A DNA stretch of 64,000 nucleotides from positions 26,846,001 through 26,910,000 of the forward strand of contig NC_043000.1 of the NCBI RefSeq assembly GCF_006345805.1. The letters run 5' to 3'. A program made the position numbers and the translations under genes. The notes under the pieces were generated by a model. The model did not search any database and had not been told where the DNA came from. It saw only the letters and a list, made by a program, of their open reading frames with translations. Positions 14,500 through 25,665 of the stretch are shown here, in pieces; position 1 is the first letter of the stretch, and each line of letters opens with the position of its first letter. This stretch comes from Octopus sinensis. Lineage: Eukaryota.

Positions 14500-14950
14500 A
14501 AAAAATAAAAACTCCGCATCTCAAGTTCCAACGTCAAGGACGTTCTTGTTCACGGGTCAGAAATTTGGAGGGTCACCAAAGCCACAAATAATAAGCTACA
14601 GACCTTCCTTACAAAATGTTTGCGCTGCTTCCTCAAGATCTGGTGGTTGGACAAAATTTCAAACAGAAGTCTATGGGATAGAATGAACCAAACTTCCATC
14701 AATCAGGAAATTCTGAAAAAGAAATGGGGTTGGATCGGTCACATTCTAAGGAGACCGAGCAGCATTGCAAGACAAGTTAGGCTATCACGCCGAAAGAAAG
14801 AGCCTTGGACGACCTAAGAAAATCTGGGAAGGTGCGTGGATGATGAAGCGAAAAGTAAAGGTCATACATGGTCTGAAATGACGGAGATAGCCTAAGATAG
14901 TGTCTTGGTCTCGACCTTATGCTCCTTACGGACTAGACAGTATGATCTAA
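14500..14950 (+). mobile_element. RTE-clade LINE 3' fragment
   Basis: In-frame KLRISSSNVKDVLVHGSEIWRVTKATNNKLQTFLTKCLRCFLKIWWLDKISNRSLWDRMNQTSINQEILKKKWGWIGHILRR follows the RTE motif chain LLYG.ETW...CLR.IL.I.W...W.WIGH.LR. Confidence 0.88.
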
Positions 14951-15671
14951 TGCATTTATCCTTTGTTAAAACAATATGGTGTGGTCAGAAGAAGATTTGG
15001 ATCTTATTTCAAACAGACGTACCCGAAGGAGCTTGCCTTTAAATAGAATTTCAAGAACATCATGTTTAAAGTCAGTCTTAGAGATTCTTCTATTTTCCTA
15101 TAAATGAATCAATCAAAGAATGATATTCATTACATGACAAAAATCTAGAGTGTTATTCTTACTTCAATTGATGTTTATCTTAACTGAATGTAAATGAATG
15201 ATCCGACGGCATCTTAATTTACTACGAATTGTGCTCCTCTCTCCTTATTTTGCGGCCTCTACAAGAGAACTAGATTAGCTGAAAGATCCTCGAAACCAAA
15301 CCAAGTTCATTCACACATCGTAGGTAAATTATTCACTTGTGATTGCATTTATGACCCAAAAGTTCGTCAATAATAGTGAAGTAACTTCATGCAGGGCAAC
15401 AAGTGATCACATTCATAGATTAAGACGACCGTAGATGCCCAGAAAGTATCATAACTACTCATACATATTTACGGTCAACAGCAAACCTCAAGCTTTTCAC
15501 TATCTACCTCGTTCTCTTTGGATGCTGCAAGCAACCTTTATTAACAACTAGCAGTATAAACCGTCTTTGCCTGGGATTAAGTTAGGATTATTAAGCTAAT
15601 CAAGTTCTTTATTTCAAACCAAACTAAGTAACATCGACGTCAAATTTGGGCGAAATCCGTTGAACTTGGTT

Positions 15672-15720
<49 letters not shown>

Positions 15721-15810
15721 TACTAAGCATAAGGGTTTATTGCCTACCACATACCGAATTTAGAAATAGCAGTCAAAGAGTTATAGCTATTTCTTCTATA
15801 GATCTCATAT

Positions 15811-15882
<72 letters not shown>

Positions 15883-16037
15883 TCGCCATACTAATATGGC
15901 ATTCTTATAAAAATAAGAATAAAGCTCTCCGCTTATTAGCTCCATGAGGCCATCGCCTTAAGTTAGCTATTTGATACACAAACTGTATCCATATAACCTT
16001 CGAACAAGGGAGGTCAGTCGCTCCACACTACTTGATC

Positions 16038-16089
16038 GACAGCTACAGACGCGTTTCGGGGTATTGCCCCTTTTCAATGCAGCGTAGTC
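16038..16089 (-). ncRNA. Type I hammerhead ribozyme motif, U3-A8 core variant
   Basis: RNA: GAC UAC GCUGCA-UUGAAAA-GGGG CAAUA CCCC-GAAA-CGCG-UC^UGUAGC U GUC. Stem I is 6 bp plus an extension, stem II 4 bp, stem III the palindrome ACGCGU, and the cleavage triplet GUC. Folded by hand. Confidence 0.8.
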
Positions 16090-16213
16090 AGACCAGTAGA
16101 GAGACTTAGTAATTTTAATATTTCTATTATTGAAAACAAGTGGATGTATTCCACTGAAACCAGGTAAATAAAACCTTCGAACAGAGATTGTCGGAAGCGA
16201 CACCTACCGGTCT

Positions 16214-16265
16214 GACTACGCTGCATTGAAAAGGGGCAATATCCCCAAACGCGTCTGTAGCTGTC
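16214..16265 (+). ncRNA. Inverted copy of the same hammerhead with G12 lost (probably inactive)
   Basis: Identical to the 16038-16089 motif except GGGG CAAUAU CCCC-AAA, which lacks the G of the conserved GAAA. Confidence 0.65.
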
Positions 16266-16425
16266 GATCAAGTAGTGTGGAGCGACTGACCTCCCTTGTT
16301 CGAAGGTTATATGGATACAGTTTGTGTATCAAATAGCTAACTTAAGGCGATGGCCTCATGGAGCTAATATATATATGAAAATACAAGTCAAGATAGAAAA
16401 TGCTAAAATAATTTTATAAAGAACA

Positions 16426-16468
16426 TTTCAGTACCGGTTTCGGTCATTTGAGACCTTTTCAACTGTAA
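16426..16468 (-). ncRNA. Second, unrelated type I hammerhead ribozyme motif, U3-A8 core variant
   Basis: RNA: (CG)UUACAG-UUGAAAA-GGUC UCAAAU GACC-GAAA-CCGG-UA^CUGAAA(UG). Stem I is CAG/CUG plus 4 more bp beyond an A-A mismatch, stem III is the palindrome ACCGGU, and the triplet is GUA. Confidence 0.75.
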
Positions 16469-17086
16469 CGATTAAATAATTAAGAAATATTGAATTTCTA
16501 AATCTCTCGTAGAGACATGTACGGTGGTGGGGCGATAGAATGGTTGTATACTGTCAATCTAACAAGAACGTGACAGTAGGGGGTACACCACCGCTGTATA
16601 GCCCTAGGAAGCATCGAAGGAAGCTATCAGGAGGCGTTCGATGCTTCCTAGGGCTATACAGCGGTGGTGTACCCCTACTGTCACGTTCTTGTTAGATTGA
16701 CAGTATACAACCATTCGATTAAATAATGAAATTTAGAGAAATTAAAAGGAAAGTTTTTTAAAAGAATATTTGTATAGTGTTCAAATATAAGTGGCATTTT
16801 CCTTGTTTCTACCTTACTCTGTGAATTCTTTTTATTTTTCCGCAAATTTCTATTTCCATCTTAGACACATACGGTGCCCTGGTTATATTTTCTCATTGGT
16901 AGAAGCAAAATTTTCCACTTTGCAGACTTTTCAACAATATTGATGATAAATGATAATTAAATAAAGATTTCTAATTATATTTAGACAAAAAGGTCTATGA
17001 AATGCAAGCGAGGAAAGAAAATATATGAGAAAAGAGATATAGATAGATACGTTAAGAGAGCGAGAGATGGAGTTAGACAGAGACAA

Positions 17087-17131
<45 letters not shown>

Positions 17132-17456
17132 GAAAAAGAGAAAGACAGAGAGTGTATGTGTGTAAACAATGAGGGAGCAGTGTAAAGTTATCTATTGTTT
17201 TTAGTGTTAAAAGTTCATCTTAAATAATAAAATATAGTTTTATATTCATATTCATGACCAGAAATATATTCATATTCATGTTGTTGCTATTGTTGGTTTT
17301 ACTGTTGCCTTTGTCGAGTCAGTTATAGATATAAATTGCTTCTTTCCCCCCTCATTATCAAACTTTAATTGTTTGAGATGATGATATTAACGCGTGGATA
17401 ATCTACATCCACCGAAATATATATTTGTCAATTTTCAGACCTAAATAGTAGAAAAT

Positions 17457-17758
17457 GGAGGCGCAATGGCCCAGTGGTTAGAGCAGCGGACTCGCGGTCG
17501 GAGGATCGCGGTTTCGATTCCCAGACCGGGCGTTGTGTGTGCTTATTGAGCGAAAACACCTAAAAGCCCCACGAGGCTCCGGCAGGGGGGTGGTGGCGAC
17601 CCCTGTTGTACTCTTTCTCCCCAGCTTTCTCTCGCTCTTTCTTCCTGTGATGAACTGGCGTCCCGTCCATCTGAGAGGAACACATACGCCACAAAAACCG
17701 GGAAACCGGGCCTATGAGCCTAGCTAGGTTTGAAAAGGGCGCATAAATAATGATAAAA
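17457..17758 (+). mobile_element. tRNA-derived SINE, family C, tail variant 2
   Basis: Same head and body as 13092; the tail gatgaactggcgtcccgtcca...gccacaaaaaccgggaaaccgggcc differs. Confidence 0.85.
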
Positions 17759-17944
17759 TTAGTAGTAAATACCACTTCTTGAAAATATAGATTGACGACA
17801 TTTATTTTGAATTCTTACTTGCAAACATACGTACGTACGTACAAGCATAACTACGTAAATATTATCTATTAGTCTGTCTGTCTGATACATCTCACACGCG
17901 TACACACATAGAAACACACACAAACATACTATTTTACTCTTTTA

Positions 17945-18060
17945 CAGAATTCAGCCATTTGAGTGCGCCCATGCTGGAGCACTGTCCGCCTTTGTATCGT
18001 CTATCTGTCCGGTTGTTTTATTGTCCTCTATTGCGTTTTTGTTCCATTTTTAAAAATATT

Positions 18061-18102
<42 letters not shown>

Positions 18103-18815
18103 AACACACACACATACGATGGGCTCCTTTAAGTTTCCGTCTACCAAATCCATTCACAAGGCTTTGTCCGACCCATGCCCAAGGCACTACACAGTGGTGC
18201 TTAACCCAGGACCATATGGGTGGGAAGCAAGCGTCTTAGCACACAGCCACGCCTGAGGGCTTCGTTCAGCTTCCATTTACCAAATCCACCCACAACGCTT
18301 TGGTCGGCCCGTGTTTATAGTAGGAGATACTCGCCCAAGGCGCCACTCAGTGGGACTGAACACAGAACCATGTGATTGGGAAACAAGCTTCTTATCACAC
18401 AGCCACTCCTGCGCCTATATATGTTTTATCCTTTGTCTTGTACTTGATTCAGTCATTGGGGTGCGGCCATGCTGGGGCACTCCCCCAGAGTGCTTTATTG
18501 TTCTAAGCCTAGAACGTATTCTATCGGTCACTTTTGCGAGACTGCTAAGTTACGGGGACGTAAACACACCACTATCACTTGTCAAGCAGCTTTGGGGACA
18601 AACACAGACACTAAGACACACGGACACACACAACACATGCACGCACAAACACACACACACATAGGACGGGCTGCTTTCAGTTTCGTCATTCAAACCCACT
18701 CACAAGACCCAAAGTTATAGTAGAGGACACGTGACCAAGGTTCTACACAGTGAGACTGAACTGAGAACCATGTATTGGGAAGCAAGGTTCTTAATACACA
18801 GCTAAATCCGCACCT
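17945..18815 (-). mobile_element. Cluster of family A SINE pieces (three heads at about 18117-18255, 18257-18415 and 18665-18815; tails at about 17945-18000 and 18430-18610)
   Basis: Reverse complements of the family A head (cacacagccac.cctgc; taccaaatccac.cacaag) and tail (ccatgctgg.gcac; cggggacgtaaacacacc). Confidence 0.8.
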
Positions 18816-18825
18816 AATACATGGG

Positions 18826-18895
18826 TTCTCGTGAAAGAAATCGAACTCGGGCCGCCTGTTTGAAAGTCAGGAATCCTGACCACTAGACATATAAA
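18826..18895 (-). pseudogene. tRNA-Glu(UUC) pseudogene
   Basis: Minus strand ...ATGTCTAGTGGTCAGGATTCCTGACTTTCAAACAGGCGGCCCGAGTTCGATTTC...GAGAA follows the eukaryotic tRNA-Glu-TTC pattern (TCTAG.GGT.AGGATTCCTG..TTTCA..CAGGCGGCCCG.GTTCGA). The acceptor and T stems no longer pair. Confidence 0.75.
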
Positions 18896-19094
18896 TGTGT
18901 GTGTATGTGTGTGTGTGTGTATCTGCGTGTGTATGTGTGTACACGTATATACATATGCGTATGTATTAAAATGAAGATGTTTTTTATAGGAATTTCAATA
19001 ATTACAAATGCATCTCCACCAATGATGTTGCTGCATGCAAAACGTCAGTTGACATAAATTTCCAAATTCATAGATAATTTTGTCAACACGAATA

Positions 19095-19162
<68 letters not shown>

Positions 19163-19333
19163 GCCTATCTATCTTTTTACCTATGAGTCCCTTTGTCTGT
19201 GTGTGTGTTTCTCTCTCTCTCTCTCTCTTTATTTCTCTCTCTCTCTCTCTATCTATATATCTATCTTTTTATCTGTAAGTCTCTTTATCTGTCTGGCTGT
19301 GTTTTTGTCTCTCTCTCTCTCTCTCTCTCTATC

Positions 19334-19424
<91 letters not shown>

Positions 19425-19515
19425 GTCTGTCTGCCTGCTAGCCTGCCTGTCTGTCAATGTATCTATCTTTCTGTCTGTCTATCTCTATCTGTGTGTCTTT
19501 CTGTCTGCCTGTCTG

Positions 19516-19611
<96 letters not shown>

Positions 19612-19615
19612 ACTT
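19095..19615. repeat. Compound (TATC)n/(TC)n/(TGTC)n microsatellite
   Basis: Direct reading; source of the IYLS-repeat ORFs. Confidence 0.95.
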
Positions 19616-20495
19616 TTTAAGCACCACCTTGTTGGTTTATTTGAATATCACACTCGCGCGCACGCAGAAACACACCTTTATATACGCTCTATTTATATGC
19701 ATTCGTCTGCTACTTTAGGTGTTTGTACGTGTTTGAAGTTTTAAAGCTGTTTTCATATTCGTTGTTGTTTTTTTTTATCCGAAATATGTTTGCAGACGGT
19801 GGTGGAATATTGTAGATAAGGAGGAGCTTCATTGGTAAAATATTTTGTCCCGAACTTAAGACATGGCATTCTGCCAAAACAACTAATGAGAAACAAAGTG
19901 GATAAACAATATTCGTTCGTATATTGTTTGTCAGGCTGCAGCAGATTTCTTGAGAAAATCTTTTATAAATTTGCAATCCGAACATATATTCGTCTCGTTC
20001 CCGGAAACGAAACAAAAATCGCTATAACGTGCAGCAGCAGCAGTGACAGAGGGGACACGTTGAAAGAATGCCTTAGATAGGGAGTTAAATAGAAGATAAA
20101 TAGGCAAATAGATAGACAGATAAATTTATATATATGTGTTTGTGTGTGTCTGTGTGTGTGTGTGTGTGTGTGTGTTTAAAGAATGAAAGAGAGAGAGAGA
20201 GGGAGGTTTTGTATGCTATATCTTTCAAGAAAGAATGTTATAGGGTGGAGATAAATATCAATATTAGACAGAAATAGATTATAGGTGATAAAGATTGGAC
20301 ACAGGCACAAATATAGAATTAATGGCAAAGCATTACACACTTACACATATACAAAGGCATATAAATAACAACTTGTATACATACATACATGCATACATAT
20401 ACGCATAGCTATATATATATATATATTATATATATATCATCATACCAATATAATGTAATATAAATAATATGCATATATATCTATCTATATCTATC

Positions 20496-20527
<32 letters not shown>

Positions 20528-20811
20528 TATATATATACATACATATATTATATATATATGTATGTATATGTATATGGTGCCATACATATCCACGGGTATG
20601 TGTATCAACAGGCAACACATTGATACACGACAAATATGTAGATATATGCAAACACCATATACATAACTGTGTATAGATAGATTAAATCTATTGACAGATT
20701 CACTCACAATTTATACATACCTATTCTAACGTATGACTATGCACACACACATACACACACACACATACATACATACATACATACATACACACATACATAC
20801 ATAAATATATA

Positions 20812-20856
<45 letters not shown>

Positions 20857-21599
20857 CACATATGTATACATAAACACACGCACATACACACACACATAAA
20901 AATACACACACATATATAAATATATATTCATAAATGTGTATGGTTATACATACATACACACACATACAATTCCCCACATACATATATACACACACACGCA
21001 CACACACAAACACACAATTACACACACACATGTAATATTTTGTATTTCTACATCCACTTAATGAGTCGTCTAATCATAAATGAAAGCTGAACGAGCGTTA
21101 GTTATATTTCAATTTGCTTTGATCTTACATACTTATTAATTTTCTTTCTTTAATAAAGATGTTGGTCTCTCCCACAGTTTTTTTATCCGTTATCATTTCC
21201 CGCTCATCCTCTATCTCCGAAAGCGAATAAAGCAGAGAGTGAAAGAACGCAAAGTGTGATATAATGAAAGAAAAAGCCTGTGTGGAAGAATAAAGAAAAG
21301 AGAAAGGAATAGGAGGGTGGGCGTAAAACAGTAATATCTCACTGATTTGTTGAAATTTTTTGCGATGCAAATGATGACAATGTGCATAAATATGTGTATA
21401 AATATATTCTGTTTACGATTGTAACCATATTTTGCCTAAAAATGATAAAAACTAAAAGAAATAGCAAAAACAAAAAAAATCAATGAATTATTATTTTTAA
21501 AAATTTTCATCTTATGTGACACATCTATGCTAAATTTTTCATTATTGGATTCACATTATTTTTTCACTATTTTGCTTGCATATACTAAAGCCATTCCAC

Positions 21600-21910
21600 A
21601 GTTATTATTGCTTCCTTGTTTCTAAACTGCTGACCCTGTCCGCTTCCAATTTCTCCATCCATTGTTTCATTATTAGAAATATAAAACGTAATTCCTTTGA
21701 TATTTACTGACATTTCCAGATTATAATTTTTCTCCAAAATATATTGAATAGGATTCTCAAGCAAATACAATGTAAATGGTGATCAAATTTAAAATATTCA
21801 TTCTTTCTAAACAAATCTTGTCGTATGCGTTGGTGTAAAAGAAAACAATTTTAGCAGCTTTTTAAAGAGGTTACATCTGTGAATCTTGGAAAATGCTGGT
21901 TGCCCAATAC
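21600..21910 (-). mobile_element. Ancient RTE-type LINE fragment
   Basis: Minus-strand VLGNQH...LL.....LFRKNEYFKFDHHLHCICLRILFNIFWRKI aligns by eye with the RTE motif VW.N.H...LL....L.R....D.FH.RCLR.ILNI.W.DKI. In a second frame DGEIGSGQGQQFRNK resembles YGEL..G.R..G.Q..R.KD. Confidence 0.5.
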
Positions 21911-22387
21911 AAATTGACGGAAATGTATGTTACTTGATAGTAAGTTTCTTTACATTTTCAGAATTCAAATTCAAAAGATTTTGTGTATGAGTCACCAAAT
22001 TCGGTAGAAATGATGCAAATATAAAGTGTAAAAATTATTAGTGTAGTTTAAATAATAAAGCGAAAGATTAATTAAAATAAAGAGTAATATGTGAAATAAT
22101 TAAACAAAAAAAAAAGAGATGAAAATCGGTCTTGCTAGGAGTCATTAGCGGCCAGAGAGTAATATGTTATATAATTTATCAAAACATTGTTTTATTAAAG
22201 CTAATAAAACTGTTCAATGCGATTTAGCATTTACCGATCCATTCTTAGTGGAATTGCCAATAAAATTAATTTGCCAGTCTTCATTCAAAGTTAATTGAAG
22301 GACAATTCACAATAATTACGGACTTGTATCATCATCCACCCATCCATCTGTATACATATATTTATATATATATAATATATTATATAT

Positions 22388-22445
<58 letters not shown>

Positions 22446-23380
22446 TATATACACACATACGTAGCCATTTATAGTCATCTCTGTATTATTTTTAAGGTAT
22501 GTACATCGTTGATAGACAAGTCACTGCTGCATATCTATGTGTGTGTGAGTGTGTATGTGTGTATATGTGTACATGTATGTGCGTGTGTGTGTGCATGTTT
22601 GTAAAATATGCATCTTCGTCTTTAATTTATGATGCTAGTAAAAATCATTGAGAATCGTGAACTCATGAATATCTTGCATCTGCAGTGGATACAAAGTAAA
22701 CTCCATCTTTAAAAGTGTGTTTCGCTCTCTACATGTATGGAAGGCCGTGATTAAATTTTGGAACAAACAATCTGTTATAAGTGGTTTGACAATTCAGTAG
22801 CATTAAGTTTCCGAAGCACATCTAACTCCCTTTTTAGGTTGTTTTGCCATTCGTTTTCCTGGCATGCTACATTTCACCAAAACTCCTTTCGGAGAGATTG
22901 GAAGATATATATGTTTCTTTAACACACACACACACACACACACACACAGCAAGCAATCCTCCCACACGGACACATACATAGTTTACTGTTATTAGTGGGA
23001 TCAAGGTAGACGTAATCCATCCCGTGAGAGATAAATATGGTCTAATATATTTAGTATTTAAACGTGAGGTACCAATAATTTCATGTTGTGGAAACCCTAT
23101 GAATTCGGCAGATTTATATATCATGCATTGGGTCTTCAAGCAATCGAGTCTGAAGGATTGCTTAGTGACCTAAGGCATGATGTAATAATCTAGCACTTTA
23201 CTGTGCTTCCTCAGCATGAAACTATTTGTAACTCATATTTAAATACGGTCTACAGTAAATGATAATAATTCACATATGTATGTACGTATGTATGTATGCA
23301 TGTATGTATGTATGCATGTTGTATGTATGTATGTATGTATGTATGTATGTATATATGTATGTATGTATATATGTATGTAC

Positions 23381-23471
<91 letters not shown>

Positions 23472-23650
23472 AGAAGGTTTGGAGATGATGTACAGGTATT
23501 TTATATTAGAAGAAATGAGGTACACAGAAATTCTAATGGTTTATATTTACAGATATTTATATGTATATTACATGTTTTTATACATCATATATCATATATC
23601 ATATAATAGCGCTTTCGTCCATTCTAGTAGAGTTGTCAAATTGAACTATA

Positions 23651-23698
<48 letters not shown>

Positions 23699-24941
23699 CA
23701 CAGAGACATGTGAGATGTAAATAGACGCCATGTAAAACATTGTTTTGTGCTTATTTTAGCTTTAAAGATTTATATTATTTATTAATTGACATATTTATGT
23801 TTCAGGTTCCCTATGTGACTGTTTAATCATGCCACATAAAAATAGAAGACTTGGAACTGTCCGAATTTCAAAGAGGCCGTATTGAAAGACAATCTGAAGG
23901 TGGATCTAGTCAGAGTAAAATTGCGGAAAACCTTGGGATCCCACTATTACGGTTAATAGAGTGATTGTGAAATTCACGAGGGAGGGCAAGGAGTCCATAT
24001 TACCACGCCCATGTCAACCAGGGCCCTCTGACTTTTCACTTCGTTAAGTGAAGTGTGGAGGAATAATCCTCGTTGCAAAGCCTCTGACATAGCAGAACAA
24101 ATTGACGTCAATTTGAGAACAGCTGCCAGGTATCTCCACAAATTTGGCTACTATGACAAAGTGGCAAGAAAGAAGCCACTACTTCGACCAGCAAAAATCA
24201 AGTGGAGAAAGGGTTGGGCCAGTGAGATAGTGGAGAGGCCACTGGAATTGGGACATTTTCATATTCTCTGATGAGTTCAAATTTACTGTATTTTCTGACA
24301 GTGGTCTAGTGTGGATCTGAAGACTCTGTGCTCCAGACTTTTATATAAAAAGATTGAAGCCAACAATGGAACACGGCAGCTATTCTGGGATGGTCCGCGG
24401 AGAAATTTAGAGCAATGGTTGATTAGAATTGGTGCAGTGTGAGGGAAAGATAAACTCATAAAAATATGTGTTCATATTGTAGAAAGGACTCCTTCCAATC
24501 TTCTCCAGTGGTGAAATTATTAAAGAATACTCTTAATTTATTGAAGATAGGGTTCCTTGTCACACGGCTGAAAAGACCTGAGGTTGGTTGGAAGAGAATG
24601 TCATTAAAAAGGTTCCATGGCCAAATCAGTCACTAGGTATGAATTCTATTGGACACCTCTGGGTCATAATGAACAGAACACTTCATAAGAAGAACACAGC
24701 ATACTCAAAGCCAGATCTTTTGAGATTACAGCATGAAACTTGGCAAAATATTCCTCTAGAATATTTGTCATCTGGTCAGTAACATGCTTAATAGGATTCT
24801 TGCATTGAAAAATGTAAATATGTCTACTAAATACTAAATATTCACGTTATAGTAATTAATAAATAATTTGAATGAAAAGTTTCAGATTTAAATAAACTTT
24901 AACGAGTATAAGGGTGTCTTTACTTCTGTCATGTTTCTGTG
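23699..24941 (+). mobile_element. Decayed full-length Tc1-family DNA transposon (about 1.24 kb)
   Basis: Frameshifted transposase starting at ATG 23829: HTH region, ARKKPLL, FSDE (24265), FIEDRVPCHTAEKT, WPNQSLGMNSIGHLW (degraded WP.QSPDLNPIENLW). Imperfect terminal inverted repeats of about 30 bp (cacagagacatgtgagatgtaaatagacgcc vs the reverse complement of the right end, cacagaaacatgacagaagtaaagacaccc), with TA on the left. Confidence 0.9.
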
Positions 24942-24983
24942 TGTGTGTGTGTGTGTGTGTGCATATATCTATCTATCTATCTC

Positions 24984-25042
<59 letters not shown>

Positions 25043-25083
25043 GTCTATCTATCTATCTATCTATCATCTATCTATCTATCTAA

Positions 25084-25156
<73 letters not shown>

Positions 25157-25206
25157 CTCTATCTATCTATCTCTCTATCTATCTGTCTGTCTATCTATCA
25201 TCTATC

Positions 25207-25253
<47 letters not shown>

Positions 25254-25400
25254 ATCTATCTATCTATCTATCTATCTCTTCTAATATATATAATATATAT
25301 ATATATATATACATACATTCATACATACATACATATTGCATACATACATACATACATACATACATACATACATACAATCATACACATATATATACGGTAT

Positions 25401-25470
<70 letters not shown>
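24941..25470. repeat. Compound (TG)n/(TATC)n/(TACA)n/(TA)n/(GA)n microsatellite
   Basis: Direct reading. Confidence 0.95.
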
Positions 25471-25471
<1 letters not shown>

Positions 25472-25599
25472 TAATAGATATGAATCAGAACAGTTTGATT
25501 CAATTCCGTGATACTAATATTTTCTAAATCGCTAACGAGGTTTATCTTCGAGCCAGTGAAAATTCAAATGACAATAGAGGTGCAGCAAGTTCACGAAGC

Positions 25600-25665
25600 T
25601 ACCGGCGGTTGGGTTGCTATTGGTCAAGAAGGTCATGTGATGTCACGCCCTAATATTGGTAGTAC
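25600..25665. promoter_or_regulatory. Candidate promoter module: two CCAAT boxes flanking a GC box, an E-box and a CRE-like site
   Basis: ATTGG at 25619 and 25655; GTCATGTGA at 25632; TGATGTCA at 25638; GGGCGTG on the minus strand. Motif clustering only. Confidence 0.35.

Larger units (their letters stand above)
15719..16750. mobile_element. Cluster of Penelope-like pseudo-LTR / retrozyme-like remnants in (TA)n, with two long inverted repeats and three hammerhead motifs
   Basis: 166-bp inverted repeat (15934-16099 / 16204-16369) and 80-bp inverted repeat (16538-16618 / 16637-16716). HHR motifs at 16038, 16214 and 16426. An 80-bp terminus is shared with 56651-56741. The PLE assignment rests on the HHR + inverted-end architecture, not on an RT ORF. 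Confidence 0.65.

Noticed and set aside
19710-20080. Overlapping 82-aa and 101-aa ORFs in unique sequence
   Set aside because: No recognisable domain, codon pattern or splice boundaries.
21585-21770. Protein-like 61-aa ORF (YLLENPIQYILEK...)
   Set aside because: Better explained as a frameshifted mosaic of an ancient RTE LINE fragment.
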